Made by a program: the position numbers and the translations under genes. The notes under the pieces are model-generated. The model had not been told where the DNA came from. It was given only the letters and a program-made list of their open reading frames with translations, and did not search any database. A stretch of 64,000 nucleotides of DNA from Candidatus Methylomirabilota bacterium (lineage in GTDB: Bacteria; Methylomirabilota; Methylomirabilia; Rokubacteriales; DASRDR01): positions 569-64,568 of the forward strand of contig DASYQW010000062.1 of NCBI GenBank assembly GCA_036005065.1, read 5' to 3'. Positions 18,414 through 28,450 of this stretch are shown here, piece by piece; within the stretch, counting starts at the first letter, position 1; the number at the start of each line of letters is the position of its first letter.

Positions 18414-19594
18414 GGGCCGACCGAGGCGAGGCCGCGATCCGCCGCCGTGAGGATCCGGCATCCGTCCTCGGTCACCAGGACCGTGTCCTCGATCTGGAAT
18501 CCGCCGTAGCCCGACTCGTAGTACGGCACCTCGACGTTCAGCACCATCCCCGCCTCGAGCCGCTCGTCCGAGCCCTCGACGATGAGCGGCGCCTCGTACA
18601 TCTCGAGCCCGATGCCGTGACCCACGTGGTGGCGGCGGAAGTGGGGGATGCCGGCCTGCCGAATCGTGTCGACGGCGAGGGCGAAGAGGTCACCGACCCG
18701 GGTGCCCGGCCGCACCGCGGCCACCGCCGCGTCCTGCCCGGCCCGGATGGCCGCGTAGGTCCGGAGGTGATCGGCTGACGCCCGGCCGAGGACTCGGGTC
18801 CGCCCGATGTCGGACCAGTAGCCACGATAGCGCAGGCTGGAGTCGGACCGGATCAGATCGCCCGGCGCGCCGACGTACGACGCGGCGTGAAACGACCCGC
18901 TGCTTCGAGGCCCGAGCGTCGTCTCCCAGTGGCCTGGATCGGCGCCCGCCGCCGCCGCTTCAGCTCGAAACGCCGCCTCCATCTCGGATTCGGGCCGCCC
19001 CTCGGCTGCCACGGCGAAGGCCCGGGCGGCCGACCGCTCGTTGATCGCGATGGCCTGGCGCAAGAGGTCGAGCTCGTCCGCCGTCTTGATCCGCCGGATC
19101 TCGGCGAGGATGCTTCGGGCCTCGACGAGGGCGCCGGCGGGAAGCCGTGCCGCCAGCACCCGCCAGAGTGCCGGGCTCAGGCCGCCCTCGTCGACGCCCA
19201 CCGCGCCGGCCCCACCGTCCTCGGCGAGGATCGCCAGCAGCGCCTCTTCGGCCGTCGCATGGTGCGGGCAGCTCTGGCGGAGGTCCTGGACGACCGCCTC
19301 CGCCGGCGAGAGAGTCGCGCCGGCCCGCCGCTCCACGTGGTAGGTCCCGGTGGTCCGAATGGCCTTGGTGGCCACCGGCCGCTCGACGGTGTACTCGAGG
19401 CCTGACATGCCGACGATCAGGACTGGCTCGCGCCCCGGGAGCGCGACCGCGTAGGCGCCGGGATAGCGGTAGATGTACAGCGCCGGAGAGTCGTAGCCGG
19501 TCAGGTACCGGACATTCTCGGCCGAGCTGGCGACCAGGGCGCGGAGTCCGTGGGCGGCCAGGGCGGCCTGGATCCGTCGATCGTGTCGAAGCAT
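18410..19594 (-). CDS. M24 family Xaa-Pro peptidase/creatinase-like
   Basis: GYWSDIGRT, HHVGHGIGLE, NVEVP, QIEDTVLV. ATGA overlap with the next gene. Confidence 0.88.
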   Translation of the reverse strand: MLRHDRRIQAALAAHGLRALVASSAENVRYLTGYDSPALYIYRYPGAYAVALPGREPVLIVGMSGLEYTVERPVATKAIRTTGTYHVERRAGATLSPAEAVVQDLRQSCPHHATAEEALLAILAEDGGAGAVGVDEGGLSPALWRVLAARLPAGALVEARSILAEIRRIKTADELDLLRQAIAINERSAARAFAVAAEGRPESEMEAAFRAEAAAAGADPGHWETTLGPRSSGSFHAASYVGAPGDLIRSDSSLRYRGYWSDIGRTRVLGRASADHLRTYAAIRAGQDAAVAAVRPGTRVGDLFALAVDTIRQAGIPHFRRHHVGHGIGLEMYEAPLIVEGSDERLEAGMVLNVEVPYYESGYGGFQIEDTVLVTEDGCRILTAADRGLASVGP

Positions 19595-19599
19595 CGTGA

Positions 19600-21186
19600 T
19601 CAGCCCGCCCGGCGGAGGAGTCGGCCCGCCCGGGCGCTGGTGTGCTCTCCGTCCCGCACGGTCAGCACGCCGTTGACGAAGACGTACCGGATGCCCGCCG
19701 GAAAGGCGATCGGGTGCTCGAAGCTGGCGCGGTCGACGACCGTCGCCGGATCGAAGACCACCAGGTCAGCTTTCTGGCCCGGTCCCAGCGTGCCGCGATC
19801 AGTCAGTCCCATCCGCCGAGCGGGGCCCTCGGTCAGCTTGTGGACCGCGCCCTCCAGGGTCAGCACCCCGCGCTCGCGAACGTAGCGGCGCAGCAGATGG
19901 CTCGCCCAGCCGTAGGAGTAGATGTGCCGCACGTCCCGGCAGGGGCCGTAGGGCGCCACCGTCGAGCCGTCGGAGATGACGACGCAGTCCGGGTCGCGAA
20001 AGGTCGCGTCCACGTCTTCCTGCCGATGGAGGGGAGCCGACCAGAAGAGGCTGCTCGGGTTGTCCCCCTCGTCGGCGAGCAGGTCGAAGACGACGTCCCA
20101 GGGGTCGCATCGCCGGGCGGCCGCCAGCTCCTGGATCGTCTGACCGTGGAGATCGCGGTTGGCCGGCGCGTCGTAGACCGACAGCAGGTCCCAGCGACCC
20201 TGGTGGACGTGCTTCCACTGCGGGTTCTCGTTGGCGCGCATCCGGGCCCGCTCCCGCGGATCGCGCAGCCGCTCCCGGAGCCGCCGCACGCCGCCCTCGA
20301 AGGCCCACGGGGGGAGCGCCGCCATCACGAGCCCCCGACCCAGCAAGTAGGGATGGTTGTCGAAGGCGACGTCGAGGCCGGCCGCCCGCGCGTGGCGGAT
20401 CGCCCCCATCGCCGCCTCGGCCCCGCCCTCCCGCACGCCCCACCGGGGGGAGACGTGGGAGATCTGAAGCCGCACGCGGGCCGCGCGGGCCGTGTCGAGT
20501 GCTTCGTCGATCGCCGTCTCGTAGGAGTAGTCCCGGTTGCGGATGTGAGTGGCGTAGAGGCCCCCGCGCCGCCCCACCGCGGTCGCGAGGGCGACCAGCT
20601 CCTCGGAGGTGGCCGTCTTTCCCACCGGGTACTCGAGGCCCGACGACAGCCCGAAGGCCCCCGCCTCCAGCGACTCCTCGAGGAGCCCGACCATCCGGCC
20701 CACTTCGGCCGGGGTGGCCGGCCGGGGCTCGGGCCCCATGGCCGCCAGCCGCAGGGCTCCGTGCCCGACGAGCCCGCCCACGTTGATCGACACGCCGTCC
20801 CGGCCGAGCGCCTCCAGCCACTCGGCGAACCGGCGCCAGCCGATGTCGACCCCGGGCAGGTAGTCGATGATCGCGAGCGGCAGGTGAACCGGATCGGCGA
20901 GCGGCGCGCAGGACATGCCGCAGTTCCCCACCAGCTCGGTGGTGACGCCCTGGCGGACGGCGCTCTCGGCGTTCCGGTTGAGGAGCAGCGTGTAGTCCGA
21001 GTGGGTGTGGATGTCGACGAACCCCGGCGCCACCACCTGCCCGCGCGCGTCCATCTCCACGGAGGCCGCCGGCAGACCGGGTCCGATCGCGACGATCGTG
21101 TCGCCGGCCAGGCCGACGTCCGCGTCGTAGGCGGGGCGCCCGGTGCCGTCCACCACCCGGCCGCCGCGAAGGACGAGACTCAGCAC
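19600..21186 (-). CDS. N-acyl-D-amino-acid deacylase (D-aminoacylase) family amidohydrolase
   Basis: PGFVDIHTHSD, GNCG, ATHIRN, ISHV, KADLVVFDP. Confidence 0.9.
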   Translation of the reverse strand: MLSLVLRGGRVVDGTGRPAYDADVGLAGDTIVAIGPGLPAASVEMDARGQVVAPGFVDIHTHSDYTLLLNRNAESAVRQGVTTELVGNCGMSCAPLADPVHLPLAIIDYLPGVDIGWRRFAEWLEALGRDGVSINVGGLVGHGALRLAAMGPEPRPATPAEVGRMVGLLEESLEAGAFGLSSGLEYPVGKTATSEELVALATAVGRRGGLYATHIRNRDYSYETAIDEALDTARAARVRLQISHVSPRWGVREGGAEAAMGAIRHARAAGLDVAFDNHPYLLGRGLVMAALPPWAFEGGVRRLRERLRDPRERARMRANENPQWKHVHQGRWDLLSVYDAPANRDLHGQTIQELAAARRCDPWDVVFDLLADEGDNPSSLFWSAPLHRQEDVDATFRDPDCVVISDGSTVAPYGPCRDVRHIYSYGWASHLLRRYVRERGVLTLEGAVHKLTEGPARRMGLTDRGTLGPGQKADLVVFDPATVVDRASFEHPIAFPAGIRYVFVNGVLTVRDGEHTSARAGRLLRRAG

Positions 21187-21496
21187 GCGCCGTCTCCGCG
21201 CGACAGGCGGCCGGCACGGACGTGGCGCCGCATGGACAGGCCCTCGGGCCGCGCGATCCTCACCGGTTTGCCCTGACAGTCCTCCGAAATCGGGACGACC
21301 GTACGCCAGGCCTGGACGGGCGTCAAGGGCTGCCCGTCGGCGCGGACGCGCGTCATGCGCGGCGCGCGCGCCCCCGACCCGACGCGCAGTTGACGGCTCT
21401 GGTCTCCGGGTGCTACTGATCGCCCCGATGGGACGAGCGCCGGCGGGTCGCCACGCTCCCAGCCGGCCAGGGGGCTCTCAGAAAAGGGGGAACGTG

Positions 21497-22423
21497 ATGG
21501 CTGAACGACTCGGGTTGGGCGTCATTCCGGGAGTGGGCTGGAAGGCCCGTGAGATTCAGGCGATCGCGCGCGAAGCGGAGGAGGCAGGCTTCGACGCGAT
21601 CTTCGCCGCCGAGGTGAACAACGACGTCCTGGCCACGGCCCAGCTCATGGGCGCGGCCACCAAGCGAATCCAGATCGGCACGTGGATCGCCAACATCTAC
21701 CTGCGACATTCCTACGTCTGTGCCCAGGGCGCGGCCCTCGTCGCCGATGCCACCGGCGGGCGCTTCATCCTCGGGCTCGGGGTCAGCCACCCGCCGGTGA
21801 ACCGGGCGCTGGGGATCGACATGCAGGATCCGCCCCGGGCTCTCAGGTCTTACGTGACGGCGGTCCGCGGCTGGTTGAAGGGTGAGGGCCCGGCGACGCA
21901 TCTGCCCCAGCGGCCGGCCCCGCAGCCGGTGCCGCTCTACGTGGCCGCGGTGACCTCCAAGACCGTCGAGCTCGCCAGCGAGCTCGCGGATGGGATCATG
22001 CCGTTTCTGTGGTCGGCGGCGCGCGTCACCAAGAGCAAGGCGTGGACCGCCCGCGGCCGGGCCAGGGCCTCGGGGCTCGGCAAGCTCGACGTCACCCTCG
22101 GGCTGCCGACCTTCATCGGCGACGACCTCGAGGCCTTGCGCGACGCAGCCCGCCAGAACCTCGCCCTCTATACCACCTTTCCCTTCTTCCAGCGACTGTT
22201 CAGGGCCAGCGGCTTCGCGGCCGAGGCGGCCGAGATGGAACAGGGGGGCGGGGGCGCCTCGCTGACCGACCGCCTCCTCGATGCGGTCTGTCTCCTCGGT
22301 CCCCTCGCCCGTTGCCGGGAGCAGCTCGCCGCGTTCCGCGCCGCCGGCGTCGATCTCCCCATCCTGGTTCCTCCCATCGGCGTCGACGGAGCCCGTGCGG
22401 TGATCAACGCCTTCAAGCGATAG
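21497..22423 (+). CDS. LLM-class flavin-dependent oxidoreductase
   Basis: EEAGFDAIFAAE, IGTWIANIYLR, GGRFILGLGVSH. Confidence 0.88.
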   Translation: MAERLGLGVIPGVGWKAREIQAIAREAEEAGFDAIFAAEVNNDVLATAQLMGAATKRIQIGTWIANIYLRHSYVCAQGAALVADATGGRFILGLGVSHPPVNRALGIDMQDPPRALRSYVTAVRGWLKGEGPATHLPQRPAPQPVPLYVAAVTSKTVELASELADGIMPFLWSAARVTKSKAWTARGRARASGLGKLDVTLGLPTFIGDDLEALRDAARQNLALYTTFPFFQRLFRASGFAAEAAEMEQGGGGASLTDRLLDAVCLLGPLARCREQLAAFRAAGVDLPILVPPIGVDGARAVINAFKR

Positions 22424-22429
22424 GCGAGC

Positions 22430-22455
22430 CGGAGGGGGCGTGGCGGTCCCTTCCG
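22430..22455. repeat. Degenerate solo copy of the GC hairpin repeat
   Basis: CGGAGGGGGC-GTGGCG-GTCCCTTCCG forms a 10-bp stem with two G-T pairs, 6 nt after the LLM stop codon. The left arm matches the arm at 13206. Confidence 0.55.
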
Positions 22456-22577
22456 AGAGCTCTGCCCGGCACCGATCGCCCGGCATTGACTCGTGGCTCC
22501 GTCTGCCGCAGGATCGGCCCTCGGGAGCGGGACCGGGCATCCGCCGTGTCGCCGGGATCGAGTCCGGGGGGAGGACG

Positions 22578-23759
22578 ATGTCGTCAGCGGGGCCTTTCGG
22601 CAGGACGAGACCCGTGACACTGGGTGCGCGGCTCGTGATCCTCGCGGGGCTCGTGCTGGCCGCCGCGCCGGGCCGCGCCCAGGCGCCCGTGGCGACCGAG
22701 AGCGGGCGCCTCTCCGTGAGCGGCGAGTACCTCCTGTGGTGGACGAAGGACAGTCCGGCTCCTACACCGCTCGTGAGCACGGGCCCCCTCGGCGATCCCC
22801 GGTCGCGCGTGCTGCTCGGGGGCCAGGACATCGACACCGGCGAGCACCACGGCGCCCGCGTGACCATCGGCTACCGGCTGACCGACGACCGCCGGTGGGG
22901 CATCGAGGGCAGTCATCTCTTCCTGCCGCGCACCTCCACGCGCCGGAGCGTGAGCGCGCCCGGCACGGTCGGCTCCCAGGAGCTCTCCATCCCCTTCTTC
23001 GACGTCACGCGTCCCGGCGAGAGCACGACCGGGCTGGCGGTGCCCGGGCGGTTCGCCGGGACCGCGACCGAGAGGCTGACGAGCCGGCTCGGCGGCGAGG
23101 AAGTGAACGGGATCCTGACCCTGACCGCGACCGAGCGGTGGGGACTCGACCTCCTGGCCGGCGTGCGCCACCTCGGCCTCAGCGAGAGATACCACTTCGA
23201 CACCAACACGCCGGGGGTGCCGCCCCAACCCGTCGACGTCTTCGAGACCCGCGATGCGTTCGACGCCGACAACCGCTTCTACGGCGGGCAGGTCGGCCTG
23301 CGCGGGCGCTATGCCCTGGGACGCTGGCGGGTGAGTGGCGGCGCCAAGGTGGCTCTGGGGGCGATGCGCGAGAAGGTCGAGATCGACGGCGTCCTCGTCA
23401 CCAACGACTTCAACGGATTCGGGACCCCCCAGGCCTTCCCCGGCGGCTACTTCGCCCAGCCGACCAACATGGGCACCCACCGGCGGGACGTCTTCGCCGT
23501 CGTGCCCGAGGCGACCATCAGCGTCGGCTACCAGGTGACGTCCTGGGCGCTGGTCTTCGTCGGCTACACCATCCTCTACGCGAGCGACGTGGTGCGGCCG
23601 GGCGACCACGTGGACCGGGGGATCAACCCGAGCCAGAGCGCGTCCTTCACCGGGACCCAGCCGAGTCCTCTGGTGGGGCCGGCTCGGCCGGCCTTCCGGT
23701 TCTCGGGCTCGGACTTCTGGGCCCAGGGTCTCAGCGTCGGCCTCGCCGTCCGCTTCTGA
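22578..23759 (+). CDS. BBP7-like (DUF1551) outer-membrane beta-barrel protein
   Basis: Signal peptide, GEYLLWW, DNRFYGGQVG, FAVVPE, VGYTILYASDVVRPGDHVD, and a C-terminal DFWAQGLSVGLAVRF ending in Phe. Confidence 0.75.
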   Translation: MSSAGPFGRTRPVTLGARLVILAGLVLAAAPGRAQAPVATESGRLSVSGEYLLWWTKDSPAPTPLVSTGPLGDPRSRVLLGGQDIDTGEHHGARVTIGYRLTDDRRWGIEGSHLFLPRTSTRRSVSAPGTVGSQELSIPFFDVTRPGESTTGLAVPGRFAGTATERLTSRLGGEEVNGILTLTATERWGLDLLAGVRHLGLSERYHFDTNTPGVPPQPVDVFETRDAFDADNRFYGGQVGLRGRYALGRWRVSGGAKVALGAMREKVEIDGVLVTNDFNGFGTPQAFPGGYFAQPTNMGTHRRDVFAVVPEATISVGYQVTSWALVFVGYTILYASDVVRPGDHVDRGINPSQSASFTGTQPSPLVGPARPAFRFSGSDFWAQGLSVGLAVRF

Positions 23760-23772
23760 GCGGCGCCGGGCC

Positions 23773-24207
23773 TCAGAGGCTCGGGCGCTGGAGGAGCACG
23801 ATCCCGACCGCGATCAGCAGGACGGCCAGCACCTTCGTCCAGCTGAACGCCTCCCGGAGGACCAGGAAGCCGACCAGCAGGATGAGGCTGGTGTGCACGC
23901 CCCCGACGATGAACGACGCCGTCACCTCGAGGCCGTGGGAGAAGGCGAGGAGGCCGAAGAGATCGACGCCGGCCGCCGCCAGCCCGGCGATCAGGAGCCA
24001 GGCCACGCTCTCGCCGCTCACGACGACCTCGGCTCCGCGCGCCCGCATGACGAGCAGCACCGCCAGGTTCACGACAAAGGCGCCCGCCGTCACGATCATC
24101 GCCCCCAGGGCGGGGTTGATCCGCGCCGAGGCGAGCTTCACGCCGATGGTGTACGTCGCGGCCGAGGCGCCCATGAGCACCGCGAAGAGGAATGCCGTCC
24201 GGTTCAT
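23773..24207 (-). CDS. EamA/DMT-family small membrane transporter
   Basis: About five TM segments; C-terminal GFLVLREAFSWTKVLAVLLIAVGIVLL. Confidence 0.8.
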   Translation of the reverse strand: MNRTAFLFAVLMGASAATYTIGVKLASARINPALGAMIVTAGAFVVNLAVLLVMRARGAEVVVSGESVAWLLIAGLAAAGVDLFGLLAFSHGLEVTASFIVGGVHTSLILLVGFLVLREAFSWTKVLAVLLIAVGIVLLQRPSL

Positions 24208-24228
24208 CGCCGCCCCGGTCCCGTCGCG

Positions 24229-24969
24229 CTAGAGCCGATACGAGGCGTCCTCGGCGTCGAGGCGCCGGACGAGCGCGTCCCAGTCGAGCTGCCCGAAGGG
24301 CTCGCCCTTGTACCAGGTCCAGTAGCGCCGGGACGCGTCCTCGCACACATCGGGGGGTGGAAGCCGGATGGGACGCCCGGTGGCCAGCGCCTGAACCTGG
24401 ATCTCGCACGCCCGCTCCAGATAGTGCATGAGCACGAAGGCCTCGGAGACCGCCCGCCCGATGGTGAGGAGGCCATGGTTGCGCATGACCAGCGCGCACT
24501 TGTCCCCGAGATCCGCGACCATCTGCGCGCATTCGTCGATCGCCTCGACGTAGACGTAGTCCGTGTAGGCGACCCGGTCGTAGAAGATCAGGTTGATCTG
24601 GTTCAGGGGCAAGAGCTCGCCCTCGAGGGCCCCTAGCGTGGTGCCGGCCCGGGTGTGGGTGTGGACGATGCAGAACGCGTCCGGCCGGGCGCGGTGGATC
24701 GCGCCGTGGATCGCGAAGCCGGCGGGGTTCAGCCCGTACGCCGTGTCGTCGAGGATCTTGCCGTCGAGGTCACACTTGACCAGGCTGGAGGCCGTGACCT
24801 CCTCGAAGAGGAGGCCGAACGGGTTCAGCAGGAACTGGCCCTCGGTGCCGGGGACCACCGCCGACACGTGCGTCGAGGTGAGGTCGGTCATCCGGAACTT
24901 GGCCAGCAGCCGGTAACAGGCGGCCAGCTGCACGCGCGTCTCCCATTCGGCCCCGGTCATCGCCACCAT
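24229..24969 (-). CDS. Class II aldolase/adducin family protein
   Basis: FLLNPFGLLFEEVTASSLVK, IHGAIH, VHTH, MRNHG. Confidence 0.92.
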   Translation of the reverse strand: MVAMTGAEWETRVQLAACYRLLAKFRMTDLTSTHVSAVVPGTEGQFLLNPFGLLFEEVTASSLVKCDLDGKILDDTAYGLNPAGFAIHGAIHRARPDAFCIVHTHTRAGTTLGALEGELLPLNQINLIFYDRVAYTDYVYVEAIDECAQMVADLGDKCALVMRNHGLLTIGRAVSEAFVLMHYLERACEIQVQALATGRPIRLPPPDVCEDASRRYWTWYKGEPFGQLDWDALVRRLDAEDASYRL

Positions 24970-25023
24970 GTCATCCTCCTCGCCCTGCCTCGGGAACGTC
25001 AGGGCGTCACCCGGCCCCTTCCC

Positions 25024-25713
25024 CTACCGCGCCGGCTGCAGGGAGGCCTGCCGGGCGGTTTCCATGAGCCGGCCCCCCCGCTTCTGTAGGGTCAGCGTGC
25101 CGGACTCGGTGACGGTGGCTGGCCGGCGGGTGACCCGATCGACGACGGTCGTCTCCACCGCGTAGGTCACCTCGGCGGTGTCCCCGTGGATGGAGACCGC
25201 CTCCACCGTGGTCCGGATCGTGATCTGCGCGTCGTCGCGATATCCCGCCCAGGCCCACCGCTTGTACTCCGCCCCGGAGAGCGTGATCTGCCGACCGCCG
25301 GACGTGATGGTCATCCGGGCGGTATCCGCGACCTTGTCGAGGAGGCGCGTCCGCCGCTTCCACTCGCCGATGGACGCCGCGCCGTCCTCCTCGGTCATGA
25401 ACACGCGTACCTCCGGCTCGGTGATGCTCGCGGTGCTGCCGATCGGCACCGGCCCGCCGGAAGGCGGCGCACCCATCCCCCCGGGCGCGCCGGGCGTGCG
25501 CGGGTCCCGCTCGATGCGCTCGATGTCCTCCCGGGGGATGCGGACCACGCCGCCGAATCGCTCGAACTCGACGGCATCGCCGGCGTCCCGCCAGGCGCGG
25601 ACTTCGATCCGGCCCCCGTTGCGGAGGTGCAGCACGTCGGCGCCGGCCGGGGCGGAGCCGACGAGCGCGACCACCAGGGCGAGCGTGAGGAGCCGGATCG
25701 TATGGTGTCGCAT
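25024..25713 (-). CDS. Exported hypothetical protein (small N-terminal beta domain, Pro/Gly linker, NTF2/SnoaL-like C-terminus)
   Basis: Signal peptide, DVLHLRNGGRIEV motif, low-complexity linker. The fold assignment is inference. Confidence 0.6.
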   Translation of the reverse strand: MRHHTIRLLTLALVVALVGSAPAGADVLHLRNGGRIEVRAWRDAGDAVEFERFGGVVRIPREDIERIERDPRTPGAPGGMGAPPSGGPVPIGSTASITEPEVRVFMTEEDGAASIGEWKRRTRLLDKVADTARMTITSGGRQITLSGAEYKRWAWAGYRDDAQITIRTTVEAVSIHGDTAEVTYAVETTVVDRVTRRPATVTESGTLTLQKRGGRLMETARQASLQPAR

Positions 25714-25852
25714 CGGCCCCATTCAACGCCGACCGCCGGCGGCCGTCAAGTCTTTGGGGGAGCGCTGGCCCGGGCCAACGGTCACCACGGCACCGCGAGA
25801 TGCGATGCCGCTGGTCAGACGGGGCCGAATGGCCTATCGTGGCGTGGTGGCC

Positions 25853-27175
25853 ATGACCTCGCGACACGCTCGGGTGGCCCGGCTCGACCGCTACGTGCGC
25901 ATCCCCACCGTGAGCCGGCGCGTGACGCCGGAGATGGTCGAGCACGTGCGCGCCTTCTGGCAGGAGCAGGGTCTCGCCCTGGAGCCGCTCTCCCCGCCCG
26001 GAGATCAGGGCACGCCGGCCCTCTGGGGGGAGATTCCCGGCCCGGCCGGCGCCCCCACCGTGCTCCTCTACGGCCACTACGACGTCCAGCCCACGGGCGA
26101 CCTCGCCCGGTGGGTCTGGGACGGGGTGCCGTGCGAGCCCTTCGCGCCGACGTACTTCCACGACGGCCGGCGGGTCGACCCGGCGACCGTGGACGACGCG
26201 GCGCTCGACGCGGTCACGATGGTGGCGCGGGGTGGGGCCGACAACAAGGGTCAGCACCTCGCCAACGTCCTCGGCGCCCTCGACGCCGCCCGCGCCGGGA
26301 CGCTCCGCTGGCGCGTGCGGATCATCCTCGACGGCGAGGAGGAGCACGGGAGCCCCCACCTCGGAGAGATCGCCCGCGCCCACCGCGCGCGGCTGGCCGC
26401 CGACGTCGTCATCTGCTCCGACGGCCCCAAGCAGAAGAACCGCCCGACCCTCGTGATGGGCGTGCGGGGCATGCTCGAGGTGCACCTCACGGTCGAAAAT
26501 GGCCAGCGGACGGCCGTCCACTCGGGGAACTACGGAAACATCGTGGCCAACCCGGTGCTGCCGCTGGCCCGGCTCATCGAGGACCTCCAGGGGCGCGTGC
26601 GCGAGTTCGCCCAGGACAACGGCGCCTTCCGGCAGGCGGCCGAGGCGGCCTTCGCCCGGTGGGAGCGCGAGGCCGTGTGGAAGCCGTTCCTGTGGCCCTA
26701 CGTCAACGCCAACCACCTCGCGACCGAGGGGACCTCGCTCGAGCAGCGCCGCACGGTGATCCCGCGGGCCGCCCACGCGCGGGTCGACATCCGCCTCACG
26801 CCCGACGCCTCGCCCGAGGCCATGTCGGCGCTCGTCTACCGGGCCGTCGCCGACCATCAGAAATCCGCCGAGGGCGTCACCTTCCAGGTGCGGACCACCG
26901 GCCAGCCGGCCAGCTACACCTCGCCGGACCGCCCCGAGTTCGCCTGGCTCCTCCGCCTGCTGGGCGAGCAGGGCGACGGCCCGCCGGTGGCGCTGCCGAC
27001 CCTCGGCGGCACGCTCCCGACCTGGGTCTTCACCCAGCTCCTCGGGATCCCGACCTTCGTGATCCCGTCGGCCAACAGCGACAACCAGCAGCACGACGTC
27101 AACGAGCACTACGTGCTCCGCCACTTCTTCGCGCAGATCGCGCTCTACGACCGGATCGTCTCTTCGCGGCCGTAG
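25853..27175 (+). CDS. M20/M25/M40 family metallo-hydrolase (dipeptidase-like)
   Basis: LLYGHYDVQP, ARGGADNKG, DGEEEHGS, SDG, HDVNE. Start position uncertain (25829 or 25853). Confidence 0.88.
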   Translation: MTSRHARVARLDRYVRIPTVSRRVTPEMVEHVRAFWQEQGLALEPLSPPGDQGTPALWGEIPGPAGAPTVLLYGHYDVQPTGDLARWVWDGVPCEPFAPTYFHDGRRVDPATVDDAALDAVTMVARGGADNKGQHLANVLGALDAARAGTLRWRVRIILDGEEEHGSPHLGEIARAHRARLAADVVICSDGPKQKNRPTLVMGVRGMLEVHLTVENGQRTAVHSGNYGNIVANPVLPLARLIEDLQGRVREFAQDNGAFRQAAEAAFARWEREAVWKPFLWPYVNANHLATEGTSLEQRRTVIPRAAHARVDIRLTPDASPEAMSALVYRAVADHQKSAEGVTFQVRTTGQPASYTSPDRPEFAWLLRLLGEQGDGPPVALPTLGGTLPTWVFTQLLGIPTFVIPSANSDNQQHDVNEHYVLRHFFAQIALYDRIVSSRP

Positions 27176-27239
27176 GCGACGGCGAGTCAGCCCGAAGCCG
27201 AGATCCGGTGCTATAGTGGCGGGCCAAAGGGAGGCAACC

Positions 27240-28442
27240 GTGGGGACGAACAAGAAATCCGCGGGCTATCGGTCCTACCAGTACCTCGAGGAGAACGTCG
27301 ACTATCGCGGCTTCCACCTGGCCAGGGAGCTGGGCCGCGTGCCCTCTCGGCGAGTCGAGGTCTCGCCGGACGAGGAGGCGCGGGTCCAGCGCCTGCTCGC
27401 CGACCACGTCGTCGTCTCCATGCACGACCACCCGGTCGTGTCCCCGGAGGACATCACCCAGATCTTCGAGCAGAAGCGGCGCGGCCGCGACTTCACGGGT
27501 TTTCAGGGTCTGGCCGCCTCCGGCCTCGACTGCGTCTTCGACAACCTGATGGACGGGATCTGCACCATCACCTCCCCGGCCGGCTGGAAGTGGACCGACG
27601 TCCTCCACGACCTCGGCATGCGGCTCTGCGACCTGGCCCACCAGGACTTCGTGATCGTGGCCGACGGGATGCGGGACATCCTGAAGGCCCACGCGGAGGG
27701 GCGGGTCGCCCTCGTGCCCACCTTCGAGGCCGCGACGCCGATCGAGAACGAGGTAGACCGCGTGGACATCCTCTACGGCTTCGGCGTCCGCAGCATGGGC
27801 CTCGTCTACAGCGAGGCGAACGCCCTCGGCAGCGGGCTCCGGGAGCCGCAGGACGGGGGGCTCACCGACCTCGGCCGAGCCGTCGTGCGGCGCATGAACA
27901 AGCTCGGCATGCAGATCGACGCCGCCCACTGCGGTGATCGCACGACCCTCGACATCATCGAGGCGAGCGAGCATCCCATCGTCATCTCGCACGCCGGCTG
28001 CCGCGCCCTCTGGAACACGCGGCGCATGAAGCCGAACGAGGTGCTGGAGGCGATGGCCAGGAAGGGCGGCGTGCTGGGGATCGAGGCGGCCCCGCACACG
28101 ACCCTCACCGACCGCCATCCCCTCCACAGCATCGAGTCCTACATGGAGCACTTCGAGTACGCCGTGAAGCTGCTCGGGATCGATCACGTCGGCTTCGGCC
28201 CCGACACGCTCTTCGGCGATCACGTGGGACTCCACCACGCCTACGCGGCGCACCTCTCGATCGGCAAGGCGCACGCGGGGAAGAAGTTCCAGGAGGTGCC
28301 GTATGTCGACGGGCTCGAGAACCCCGCCGACTATCCCAACATCGTGCGGTGGCTGGTCAAGCACGACTACAAGGACGAGGACATCGTCAAGGCGGTCGGC
28401 GGGAACGCCCTCCGAGTCCTGAAGCAGGTCTGGATCCGCTAG
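27240..28442 (+). CDS. Membrane (renal, M19) dipeptidase family protein
   Basis: MHDH, TFEAA, IDAAHC, VISHAG, DHVGFGPD. GTG start after a GGGAGG SD. Confidence 0.9.
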   Translation: MGTNKKSAGYRSYQYLEENVDYRGFHLARELGRVPSRRVEVSPDEEARVQRLLADHVVVSMHDHPVVSPEDITQIFEQKRRGRDFTGFQGLAASGLDCVFDNLMDGICTITSPAGWKWTDVLHDLGMRLCDLAHQDFVIVADGMRDILKAHAEGRVALVPTFEAATPIENEVDRVDILYGFGVRSMGLVYSEANALGSGLREPQDGGLTDLGRAVVRRMNKLGMQIDAAHCGDRTTLDIIEASEHPIVISHAGCRALWNTRRMKPNEVLEAMARKGGVLGIEAAPHTTLTDRHPLHSIESYMEHFEYAVKLLGIDHVGFGPDTLFGDHVGLHHAYAAHLSIGKAHAGKKFQEVPYVDGLENPADYPNIVRWLVKHDYKDEDIVKAVGGNALRVLKQVWIR

Positions 28443-28450
28443 ATCATTAC

